Source: a virus. Taken from it: a DNA stretch of 64,000 nt. The stretch's first letter is position 1. Each line of letters starts with the position of its first letter. The translations under genes were made by a program, and so were the position numbers. Location of the stretch: IMG/VR virus record IMGVR_UViG_3300045988_167063, one strand, 5' to 3'. Positions 37,640-45,396 of the stretch are shown here, one piece after another. The notes under the pieces were generated by a model, which saw only the letters and a list, made by a program, of their open reading frames with translations, had not been told where the DNA came from and made no database searches.

Positions 37640-38070
37640 TTAATCTATATCAATATTATATCATTACTTATATATACTATATATCAATATATATATATAT
37701 ACTCTTATATATTATAGTATCTTTTAGTATAATATAACATACTCTTATTATATACCATCATATCAATATCACATATACAATTTTAAAAATCAATAGTACA
37801 ATTTTATACACTATATATCATATTATATATAACTATATCTTTATTGATATAGTACAATTATATACACTATAATATATATAATAATCTTAATATATAATAC
37901 TTCAGTATATAGTATATTGTAATATATTATATAAGATATAATAATATATCAATATCAATTTAAAATATTAAATATTAAAATAAAATTTAATTATTAAAAA
38001 TATTGCCTATAAACCTATATAAAGCCGTTTTAATATAAAATAATGATATTATATTATTAAATATTAAAAA
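37640..38070. repeat. ~430-nt TA-rich low-complexity tract with embedded 22-nt direct repeats
   Basis: Very few G or C. TAGTACAATT(T/A)TATACACTATA occurs at 37794-37815 and 37850-37871. Confidence 0.85.
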
Positions 38071-38132
38071 GTGTTTATATAAGCGTCAGAGAGCCTGACT
38101 TTAATGATTTAGCGTATTAAAGTGGGCAGGCA

Positions 38133-38164
38133 ATAAAAAAAAGCCTTGCATTATACAAGGCTTT
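38133..38164 (-). terminator. rho-independent terminator (hairpin is symmetric and could act in both directions)
   Basis: AAAGCCTTG-N7-CAAGGCTTT with A8 on the plus strand (T8 on the minus strand). Confidence 0.8.
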
Positions 38165-38171
38165 AAAAATT

Positions 38172-38399
38172 TTAATTTATTGAATTAAAAAGCTTCGAAG
38201 CTTCTATATCGTCAACAGCGTATAACTCACTTTTATAATTCCCGTCATTAAGTATAAAATAACGAGTCTTAATAGGTGCGCCGCATATCTTCGCCCAATC
38301 TTCCCGCTCTGCTGCTGTTGGTAATACTTCATCTCTAAATAAAGCCATAAAGCCTCGGCGGTCTATCTCGTACGCTTTATAGTTATTATTATAATACAT
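38172..38399 (-). CDS. hypothetical 75-aa protein in a counter-oriented, GC-richer islet
   Basis: ORF track. A hand count of 38261-38320 gives about 53% G+C. Confidence 0.65.
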   Translation of the reverse strand: MYYNNNYKAYEIDRRGFMALFRDEVLPTAAEREDWAKICGAPIKTRYFILNDGNYKSELYAVDDIEASKLFNSIN

Positions 38400-38413
38400 T
38401 TTATACCCTCTTT

Positions 38414-38818
38414 CTATTCTTCTGCTGATTGTATTTTATCTAATCTTGATTCTAATTCAAGACGGTTATCTTCTATATATTCGGCAATGCAAGACGGCAA
38501 TACATAGCATCTAATTATAACATCAAGCCATTCTGTGCCCTTGTCTAATACATCAATATTATTATATCCAAATTCCTGAAGTGCTTCACTTGCTAAACTC
38601 AAGTTATTTATTAGTGCTTCTTCTGCTTTATAAGAATTGCAATAATAAGAGCCCGAAGCGTTCCCTGTTACTGCGTCTTCGTTCCATAACTCATCATTTA
38701 AAACTTCTTCATATTCTTCCAAATCATTAGGACGAACCGCTTCAATGTTTAAATAATATGCTTCATCATTTATAACATCTTCTATTGATTGTTTTACTTC
38801 TTCATAGTAATTATACAT
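38414..38818 (-). CDS. highly acidic 134-aa protein (possible DNA mimic / anti-restriction candidate)
   Basis: ORF track. Many D/E residues. GGAGGT lies upstream of the ATG. Confidence 0.65.
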   Translation of the reverse strand: MYNYYEEVKQSIEDVINDEAYYLNIEAVRPNDLEEYEEVLNDELWNEDAVTGNASGSYYCNSYKAEEALINNLSLASEALQEFGYNNIDVLDKGTEWLDVIIRCYVLPSCIAEYIEDNRLELESRLDKIQSAEE

Positions 38819-38892
38819 AATAAATACCTCCGTTTAACGCCCGTCGGCTTATTCTTTTTAACTCTTGGCGTTACGCCCTTCGTTCTGTCTAT

Positions 38893-38921
38893 ACTATAAC
38901 ACGCATCCGCCGATTTGTCAA
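38893..38921 (-). promoter_or_regulatory. sigma-A-type promoter for the counter-oriented islet
   Basis: The minus strand reads TTGACA-17-TATAGT, followed by a GC-rich leader of about 85 nt. Confidence 0.7.
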
Positions 38922-39341
38922 CATATTTCTTGAAGTTTATGCAACTTGTATACTTCAAGCCGATTTATAGCCGGCTTTTTGTGCATATTGCATAAATTCA
39001 GAGCTTTTGGTATGTTTTATAGTACAATTTAATTAAAAGTGTATTATAACTAACTTCGTGTGCTTTAGTCAAGTAAAGTTTGCCACTTTTGAGGGTGTAG
39101 GAATATAGATATATTACTAACACTAAAAACGGCTTATATCGGCTTTCAGAGCCTTATAATACACTTTGATATAAAATGCACATTATTTTAGCGTTCATAT
39201 TATTACACTTTGTATATATCAATTTTACTATATGTAATATAACTAATTGTATAGTTTATGTTTACATATTGTATAATAGACTTTTGTTTATTATTATATC
39301 ATTGTCTATTTATGAATAAATTGTAAAATTTAAAATAATTG

Positions 39342-39370
39342 TTGACTTTTAAACGGCTTTATGTTATTAT
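39342..39370 (+). promoter_or_regulatory. sigma-A-type promoter driving an ORF-free ~330-nt transcript
   Basis: TTGACT-17-TGtTATTAT. Confidence 0.6.
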
Positions 39371-39599
39371 ACAAAGTGAATTATAACGACTTTTAGTGCT
39401 TTATAATTGTAACAATTTTGTAATAACCTATTAAAATTATAGGTATTGTAATTTTATGCAGGGTATCACGCTTTACCGTGATAAAGTGTTAAAGTCCTAT
39501 TAAATTAGTAGGATATTATATATTATTTAATTGATAAAAATATATCAATCTTATTTAAAATTTTATCAATCTTAAATGTGAATAATTATATAATTTTTA

Positions 39600-39616
39600 T
39601 GTGAATTTTAGTCACA
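39600..39616. promoter_or_regulatory. TGTGA-N7-TCACA operator candidate (site 2)
   Basis: tgtgaattttagtcaca. Confidence 0.5.
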
Positions 39617-39711
39617 AAGTCAAAGTGTAGTGAACGCTTGTGAGGGTAATGGTGAGATTGAAATTTGCCCCGAGGAAATTATGAACAGTTTGTAAACAAA
39701 TCAAAAAAGTC

Positions 39712-39740
39712 TTGACGAGTGCAAACAAGTATGTTATATT
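39712..39740 (+). promoter_or_regulatory. sigma-A-type promoter
   Basis: TTGACG-17-TGtTATATT. Confidence 0.7.
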
Positions 39741-39796
39741 GTAATCAAGCTAAACGGCAAAAGCCGAAAATAAATGTAGTATAGGGAGGTTTAATT

Positions 39797-40018
39797 ATGA
39801 CATTAGATAATCAAATTAAAAATTATAATTATAGGGTTAATGTGCTTTTCAAAAACCATCTAACAGGTTGGGAAAAAAGATATACAGTAGAATTTCCTGA
39901 ATTTTGGCTGGCAATGAAGTATGTTGAAGCATTACAAGATAACGAAGATATTGTAAAAATTTTTCTATTAGAACGCATATCAGACGGTAGTTTTGATATT
40001 ACAAGGAAGTTTAAATAA
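39797..40018 (+). CDS. hypothetical 73-aa protein
   Basis: GGGAGG SD then ATG. Confidence 0.65.
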   Translation: MTLDNQIKNYNYRVNVLFKNHLTGWEKRYTVEFPEFWLAMKYVEALQDNEDIVKIFLLERISDGSFDITRKFK

Positions 40019-40040
40019 ATTCAATTTTTTCAAAAAAGTA

Positions 40041-40069
40041 TTGACAAGTTCATAAATTTGTGCTATATT
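40041..40069 (+). promoter_or_regulatory. sigma-A-type promoter
   Basis: TTGACA-17-TGcTATATT. Confidence 0.75.
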
Positions 40070-40121
40070 AAAATCAACAAATAAAACTGTGCTAACGGTT
40101 ATACGGGCAGGAGATATTATT

Positions 40122-40325
40122 ATGTGTTATCTAATTGAGGTCACGGAGATAGAGGAAGTAACGCCAAAACAACAAGGCTACACGCACAGCAAGGATTTTT
40201 GCATTGCAACGCTTGAGGAGGCAATGTGCGGAGCGTATGATAAAGTCGATATATTAAACGCTGTAACAGGCGAAGTGTTAGCAGCCTTCTATGATGAGGA
40301 ATTAGCCTATAACATTTTATATTGA
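40122..40325 (+). CDS. hypothetical 67-aa protein
   Basis: AGGAGA, 7 nt, then ATG at 40122. The track start at 40089 has no SD. Confidence 0.6.
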   Translation: MCYLIEVTEIEEVTPKQQGYTHSKDFCIATLEEAMCGAYDKVDILNAVTGEVLAAFYDEELAYNILY

Positions 40326-40420
40326 TTTTAAAAAAACAATTTTCGTTTTCAGATTTGAAAATCAAAATCAAAATTCAGATTTGAAAACGAAAATTGAAAA
40401 TTGAAAATGAGGTTTGAAAA

Positions 40421-40741
40421 ATGAAAACTAACAAAAATATAAACATTTATACATTTACGAAGATTTTTGAAAATGAAATTGAAAAAATCAATAAATTTAA
40501 AAATCCGCATACAATGGCAGGATTTGACGAAGCCGTTGATTTTTTTATTCACGATTTTTTACCGTTGCAATATGATTTTTGCAAAGAATTTTTTAATTGT
40601 TATTACAAAGATAATTTTGAGTTATCACAAGAAGTTGAATATGACGGCAAAAAAACAATTTATTATTCTATAACCGAGGTTGAAATGGTGGCTTTTGCCT
40701 TCACAATTACATATTTTGAAGATTTTAATGCTTATTATTAA
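40421..40741 (+). CDS. hypothetical 106-aa protein
   Basis: ORF track. Confidence 0.6.
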   Translation: MKTNKNINIYTFTKIFENEIEKINKFKNPHTMAGFDEAVDFFIHDFLPLQYDFCKEFFNCYYKDNFELSQEVEYDGKKTIYYSITEVEMVAFAFTITYFEDFNAYY

Positions 40742-40759
40742 TTTTTTTTGAAAAAACAC

Positions 40760-40788
40760 TTGACAATTCAGCAAATGTATGCTATTAT
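40760..40788 (+). promoter_or_regulatory. sigma-A-type promoter
   Basis: AAAAAACACTTGACA-17-TGcTATTAT. Confidence 0.75.
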
Positions 40789-40820
40789 ATAGACAATGAA
40801 TAACAAAGGAGTTAATTATT

Positions 40821-41024
40821 ATGACTAAAGAAATTATTGCAAAATTAAACACAATCGCAAAAGAGGATTTTACAAAAGCAAAAATAATGCTTGAGGGTAT
40901 AAACCTTGCTTTAGGAACAGAATACGGATGGTTAAATAAAAGAGTTGTATTTTTTGATAATTCAAATAGTTCAACTGCTGAAAAATATGCACATTCTCAC
41001 GATGCATATGCATATTTTAATTAA
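40821..41024 (+). CDS. hypothetical 67-aa protein
   Basis: AAGGAG SD. Confidence 0.65.
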   Translation: MTKEIIAKLNTIAKEDFTKAKIMLEGINLALGTEYGWLNKRVVFFDNSNSSTAEKYAHSHDAYAYFN

Positions 41025-41107
41025 AAAACACGCTTCTTGAGGGTTGAGCGCATCAGCCCTATACCATTAAAATTATAGTCGGCGGACTTAAAACGCAAAG
41101 GAAAATT

Positions 41108-41560
41108 ATGAGAACAGAAAAAGAGATTAGACAAGAATTAAAAGACTTGTTTGAGGAGGACAATGCACTATTTAACGAAACTATTGAGGAATTAGACTCT
41201 TATAATGGTTACTTGGGCGATGACCGTTATTATTTTATGGAAGACTTAACAGATTATATTGATACTTCAGATTTGTGGAGCAGTTTAATTTATCGTATGT
41301 TTTATGGTAGAGACGATGACTGTTATATTACTAATAGTCAAGGCGAAAAAGAATATTCACAATTCAACCCAAATAGAGAATATTATTATTATGATGGTTA
41401 TGGTAATTTGGTTAGTAGTGATGATAAAGATTATTCAAATTATCTTGATGATTATTTTATTGATGATTTGCTTGAAAACCGTTCTTATTTAAGTCTTGAC
41501 ACAGATGTTGAAGCATTACTTGACGAGTTGGAAAACGCAGAGCAGGGCGAGGAGGAATAA
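41108..41560 (+). CDS. strongly acidic, Tyr-rich 150-aa protein
   Basis: ORF track; D/E/Y-rich throughout. Confidence 0.65.
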   Translation: MRTEKEIRQELKDLFEEDNALFNETIEELDSYNGYLGDDRYYFMEDLTDYIDTSDLWSSLIYRMFYGRDDDCYITNSQGEKEYSQFNPNREYYYYDGYGNLVSSDDKDYSNYLDDYFIDDLLENRSYLSLDTDVEALLDELENAEQGEEE

Positions 41561-41563
41561 ACA

Positions 41564-42148
41564 ATGGCAACACTAAAACAAAAGCAGACGGCTGCTAATA
41601 AGATTTTGAAAGTTAATTATCCCACCTATGGCATCAAAAGAAGAGAATACTTGGGAAACGCTTTAGTTGATAATGAAGGCAATCAATATTATTTTTGCAA
41701 TTATATGGGCGTTAAAACAAGTGAAAAAATCATTGATGAGCAAGACTTAAAACTGTTAGATTTTGAAAATTATAATCTTATTAACAATTCTTTAATTAAA
41801 AGTTATTGTCTTGATGTAGATTTGTCAAAATATAAAAAAGTCAAGTGTGACTTAAAGTCACTAAAAGTTGAAAAGAAATGGTACAAAGAAAACAAAAAAA
41901 AATATAGTCCGAATATTTTTTTGTATGATTTTCATTTTTGTGATAATTCCACAATAGTCGACATTGATTATCTTATAACACTCTTAACTATTATTGATGA
42001 AGGAGATATATATATTCCACCGCAAATTACAAAGCCTATTGTAATTAAGAATGATAATTCAATAGGTATTCTAATGCAATGTAAACCGAGCGACGAAACA
42101 GCCGAAATCTTTGCAAAGCGTGACAAGGAGTTCAAATATGTTGACTAA
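41564..42148 (+). CDS. hypothetical 194-aa protein
   Basis: ORF track. Confidence 0.65.
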   Translation: MATLKQKQTAANKILKVNYPTYGIKRREYLGNALVDNEGNQYYFCNYMGVKTSEKIIDEQDLKLLDFENYNLINNSLIKSYCLDVDLSKYKKVKCDLKSLKVEKKWYKENKKKYSPNIFLYDFHFCDNSTIVDIDYLITLLTIIDEGDIYIPPQITKPIVIKNDNSIGILMQCKPSDETAEIFAKRDKEFKYVD

Positions 42149-42350
42149 TGTTCAGTTAATTCAAAGTAGCAAAAACTATACTATTATTCAGGTTGACAAT
42201 GATATAATATGCTTCAGCTTTAAGAAGCCTATAAGTGTTTATAATGGCGAAAATAAAAAACTTGTGAAATTTAATAAAAATATTACAACAGAAACAAATA
42301 AAAAGCATTTTGCATTTTTTTTAAAATATTTACTTGACAAGTTGAAATAA
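42138..42350 (+). CDS. hypothetical 70-aa protein
   Basis: AAGGAG, 7 nt, then ATG 42138, inside the track ORF starting at 42111. Confidence 0.55.
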   Translation: MLTNVQLIQSSKNYTIIQVDNDIICFSFKKPISVYNGENKKLVKFNKNITTETNKKHFAFFLKYLLDKLK

Positions 42351-42362
42351 AAGTGATATATT
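42334..42362 (+). promoter_or_regulatory. sigma-A-type promoter overlapping a gene's 3' end
   Basis: TTGACA-17-TATATT. Confidence 0.6.
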
Positions 42363-42400
42363 TAAACTACAAAATAAATTAAGTTTTGGAGGAAATAAAA

Positions 42401-43012
42401 ATGAGTAAAAAGCAATTAAGTGTTGCTACCATTAAGAAATGGTTAATTAATGATGATTGGCATCTTCGTGTTGTTGCAATGAATACTTGTAAAAATCGTG
42501 ATGTTTCACTTAATATTATCAAACAAGGATTGAATGATAATGATTGTGATGTCCGTGCAGCCGCAATGAAAGCTTGTCAAGGTCGTGATATTTCATTAGA
42601 TATTATTAAACAGGGATTAAATGATGATAATTGGATAGTTCGCAAAGTTGCAATAAAATACATTAAAGATAATAATATTGAGAATGTATATGTACCATAT
42701 AGAGCGATTGAGCCACCGAAAAAAGTTTATAAAAAATGTATGGGCGATGTTATTGTTGTAGCTACAATTCCAGATGATGCTGAAGTCAGAGGCAGTTATA
42801 ATAACAAGTGTAGAACGAATAAAGCAAAAATCATTGATATTATAGGTACATTTGGTGAAGTGAAAGTCGGTATATCAATGTACGATATGACAACAACATA
42901 CTTCGTTGGGGATGATGTTTATATTGATGATTTTGATTTATCAAATAGGGAGTGTTCAACAGGTTTTCATTTCTTTTGTGATATTGAACAGGCAAAAAAC
43001 TATAATTTTTAA
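42401..43012 (+). CDS. HEAT-repeat protein with C-terminal globular domain
   Basis: Three tandem repeats of the form ..D.RVAAM.AC..RD.SL.IIKQGLND.. (PBS-lyase/HEAT-like). GGAGG then ATG at 42401. Confidence 0.55.
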   Translation: MSKKQLSVATIKKWLINDDWHLRVVAMNTCKNRDVSLNIIKQGLNDNDCDVRAAAMKACQGRDISLDIIKQGLNDDNWIVRKVAIKYIKDNNIENVYVPYRAIEPPKKVYKKCMGDVIVVATIPDDAEVRGSYNNKCRTNKAKIIDIIGTFGEVKVGISMYDMTTTYFVGDDVYIDDFDLSNRECSTGFHFFCDIEQAKNYNF

Positions 43013-43029
43013 AATTTAATGAAAAACAC

Positions 43030-43058
43030 TTGACAATTAAATAAATTTATGATAATAT
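43030..43058 (+). promoter_or_regulatory. sigma-A-type promoter
   Basis: AAAAACACTTGACA-17-TGaTAATAT. Confidence 0.7.
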
Positions 43059-43110
43059 GTTATTGTAATCGAAAGCAATAACATATTATTTTTTTTAGGA
43101 GGATTTGATT

Positions 43111-43266
43111 ATGAACACGATTAGACAATATAATAAAAGGCGCAATAATTATATGCCAATTAAAGAGCAGTATGCACTTATTAAACAATATTTTGGCAAA
43201 AAATTATTATCCGTTCAATTAGATAAAGAAGATAGAAATTACATAACAATTATTGTACGAGTTTAA
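43111..43266 (+). CDS. small hypothetical protein (51 aa)
   Basis: TAGGAGG, 8 nt, then ATG; hand-translated. Confidence 0.55.
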   Translation: MNTIRQYNKRRNNYMPIKEQYALIKQYFGKKLLSVQLDKEDRNYITIIVRV

Positions 43267-43270
43267 TCAT

Positions 43271-43298
43271 TTATACAAATTGCACAATATGATATAAT
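43271..43298 (+). promoter_or_regulatory. extended -10 promoter (weak -35)
   Basis: TTATAC..TGaTATAAT. Confidence 0.45.
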
Positions 43299-43346
43299 AC
43301 AAGTACAACAAAGGCAAGAAAGCTAATAACAAAGGAGTTAATTATT

Positions 43347-43553
43347 ATGAAGATAACAAAAAATACGACAATCAATAAAATGTTTGAATTAGGGTTTACA
43401 GAGATGCGTTTTAAACAACTTATTGTTAATGAAAACGAAGATATTTTCACCTTGGAAGATTTTAAAAAAAATGGAAGAATGTATGGATTCGGCAATTATT
43501 CAATAGACAGATTTGAAAATGCGTTTTGCTGTGTTATTTCTTTTAGTATATAA
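43347..43553 (+). CDS. hypothetical 68-aa protein
   Basis: AAGGAG SD. Confidence 0.6.
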   Translation: MKITKNTTINKMFELGFTEMRFKQLIVNENEDIFTLEDFKKNGRMYGFGNYSIDRFENAFCCVISFSI

Positions 43554-43574
43554 TCATTATAGGAGGTAATAACA

Positions 43575-43751
43575 ATGACTGAATATCAATTTTTTGGAGT
43601 TTTATTTTTCGGTTTTATTCTTTTACTTATTCTTTTTGCGTTAGTTCTTGATTTTTCAGAAAAATGCAAAAATAAACGCAGGGAGCAGGAGCTTCAGCAA
43701 TGGCAGCACAAAAGAAATAAAAAACATATTGAAAAAGGATTTGAATTATAA
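43575..43751 (+). CDS. small membrane protein (58 aa)
   Basis: AGGAGG SD; TM segment FFGVLFFGFILLLILFALVL; hand-translated. Confidence 0.55.
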   Translation: MTEYQFFGVLFFGFILLLILFALVLDFSEKCKNKRREQELQQWQHKRNKKHIEKGFEL

Positions 43752-43756
43752 TTTTT

Positions 43757-43793
43757 AAAAGCACATTATTGCAATGTGCTTTTATTTTTTTTT
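43757..43793 (+). terminator. rho-independent terminator
   Basis: AAAAGCACAT-N7-ATGTGCTTTT followed by a T-run. Confidence 0.85.
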
Positions 43794-43923
43794 GTTTGCT
43801 TGCTATTGTCGTTCGCTACAACGCTATCTAACACGCTTTTATGTATTATCAATAAAAATACTCGAATAAACTTTAAAAGCCGTTATAAAGCGTTGTAGGC
43901 GATATTCAGAACAGTAATATATT

Positions 43924-43940
43924 TGTGACTTTTATTCACA
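43924..43940. promoter_or_regulatory. TGTGA-N7-TCACA operator candidate (site 3)
   Basis: tgtgacttttattcaca; identical to site 4 over 20 nt. Confidence 0.5.
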
Positions 43941-43944
43941 ATTC

Positions 43945-43962
43945 TTTTTTTTTTTTTTTTTT
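43945..43962. repeat. T18 homopolymer
   Basis: 18 consecutive T in an intergenic region. Confidence 0.95.
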
Positions 43963-44044
43963 ACTTCCCATACTTTCCCACTTCTAATTATACAGATTTT
44001 TTCAGAAAAAGTCAATAGATATTTTGTTAATTTTATTTGGCATT

Positions 44045-44076
44045 TTGCACAAATATTTGGCGGTTTATTTGTGCAA
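44045..44076. promoter_or_regulatory. perfect 11-bp inverted repeat upstream of a promoter
   Basis: TTGCACAAATA-N10-TATTTGTGCAA, 20 nt upstream of the -35 at 44096. Confidence 0.5.
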
Positions 44077-44095
44077 TTTTACAACAAAATTTTTC

Positions 44096-44124
44096 TTGCT
44101 TTTTTGTGTCAAATATGCTATTAT
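44096..44124 (+). promoter_or_regulatory. sigma-A-type promoter
   Basis: TTGCTT-17-TGcTATTAT. Confidence 0.55.
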
Positions 44125-44183
44125 ATATACAAACAGAAAAAACAAAAACACGAAAGCGTGTAATTATTTTTGGGAGGTATATT

Positions 44184-44525
44184 ATGAAATATATTTTTGA
44201 CACGATTGCAACAACAAAAGAATACGACAAGGGAAAGTGGTGGATTGACCCTGACATTATTAGTAGTAAAACGATTAAAGCAGATACAGTAATTGCTGCC
44301 CTTGAACGATTCCAAGCGTTAGTTGAAGAAGAACGCTATGTCTCTATTTCCAATAATGCCATAAAAAATAAAGAACCTATGTATATTGAAACTGAAAACG
44401 GCGCAAAACAAACAGGTTTTGTTATTACGGGAAAAACCTGTTTTCAAACAGATTCTGGGCGTTGGGTATGTCATTATATAGACTTATGGATAAATGTTTT
44501 AACTGTTGTTGATACGAAATTTTAA
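44184..44525 (+). CDS. hypothetical 113-aa protein
   Basis: GGGAGG, 7 nt, then ATG 44184. The track start at 44037 would read through the promoter. Confidence 0.65.
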   Translation: MKYIFDTIATTKEYDKGKWWIDPDIISSKTIKADTVIAALERFQALVEEERYVSISNNAIKNKEPMYIETENGAKQTGFVITGKTCFQTDSGRWVCHYIDLWINVLTVVDTKF

Positions 44526-44590
44526 TTATAAACGGATTTACCTATTGACAATACAGCCCTAAAAGATTAGATTAAATAAATAATAATTAT

Positions 44591-44625
44591 AAAGTCGGTA
44601 TATTTTATATCGACTTTATTTTTTT
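44591..44625 (+). terminator. rho-independent terminator
   Basis: AAAGTCG-N13-CGACTTT followed by T7. Confidence 0.7.
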
Positions 44626-44801
44626 ATTCTTAATTTACATAATTACTATTATAATTATCATATAATAGCCTTGAGAGCCTCCAGAACGCTATATAAAGCG
44701 TTTTTATTATAAAGTAGTAAAAGTATATTACTTAAATCAAAAGTGTTAAAATAAGCGTTACAGAGCCTATTAAAAATTTTTAAAAAAGTTTGAAAAAATG
44801 C

Positions 44802-44830
44802 TTGACAATTCAGAAAACTTGTGCTATAAT
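44802..44830 (+). promoter_or_regulatory. sigma-A-type promoter (short ORF-poor transcript)
   Basis: TTGACA-17-TGcTATAAT. Confidence 0.75.
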
Positions 44831-44937
44831 TTAGATATGATAAAGATTTGGAGTGATTACGATGCAAAACAGTAAGCGAAATCACTCAAGGTGCAATTTT
44901 TTAAATATGAACAAATTGTAAACAATTAAAATAATGC

Positions 44938-44966
44938 TTGACTTTTGCGTTCATATTTGGTAGAAT
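44938..44966 (+). promoter_or_regulatory. sigma-A-type promoter (short ORF-poor transcript)
   Basis: TTGACT-17-TGgTAGAAT. Confidence 0.65.
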
Positions 44967-45115
44967 AAAGACAACAAATGAATATGATAAAATAGGCTGA
45001 AGTGAGAAGCGTGGCTGAAGAGTCAAAATGCTTTGCCTCGGTCAATCATCTAAGCAACAATTTTTTAAATATGAATAAATTGTTAATAAATTGTAAATGC
45101 AAATAATATTCAATT

Positions 45116-45132
45116 TGTGACTTTTATTCACA
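45116..45132. promoter_or_regulatory. TGTGA-N7-TCACA operator candidate (site 4)
   Basis: tgtgacttttattcaca. Confidence 0.5.
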
Positions 45133-45396
45133 AAAACACACCAAACCTACCAACATTGTAGACTTTAGTGTGGTAAAGCATTAAAGTTCTTAAAACCTAC
45201 CAAGTTAATATGTTTTTAAGAATGACTCAAGGTGGTAAAAGGGTAATCGGGCGAATAAAAATTCCCCCACGGAAAATTTGGTTCAAAGAAAATTATATCC
45301 AATTTTCTGCACACAGTTTTAAATATTTGTGTGCTAAAAGTTGGAATTAAAAGGAAATATTATATTTAAGTATATATTATTAAAAGGAGATAAATT

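Noticed and set aside
37640-38070. Possible CRISPR array or tandem satellite in the TA-rich island.
   Set aside because: There is no regular repeat-spacer periodicity. There are only two 22-nt direct repeats plus degenerate TA-rich sequence, and no cas genes.
36900-39800. Whole 2.9-kb ORF-poor island as assembly junk or a contig join.
   Set aside because: It contains well-formed terminators, promoters, a coherent two-gene islet and repeat elements shared with 27.3 kb, which argues for genuine sequence.
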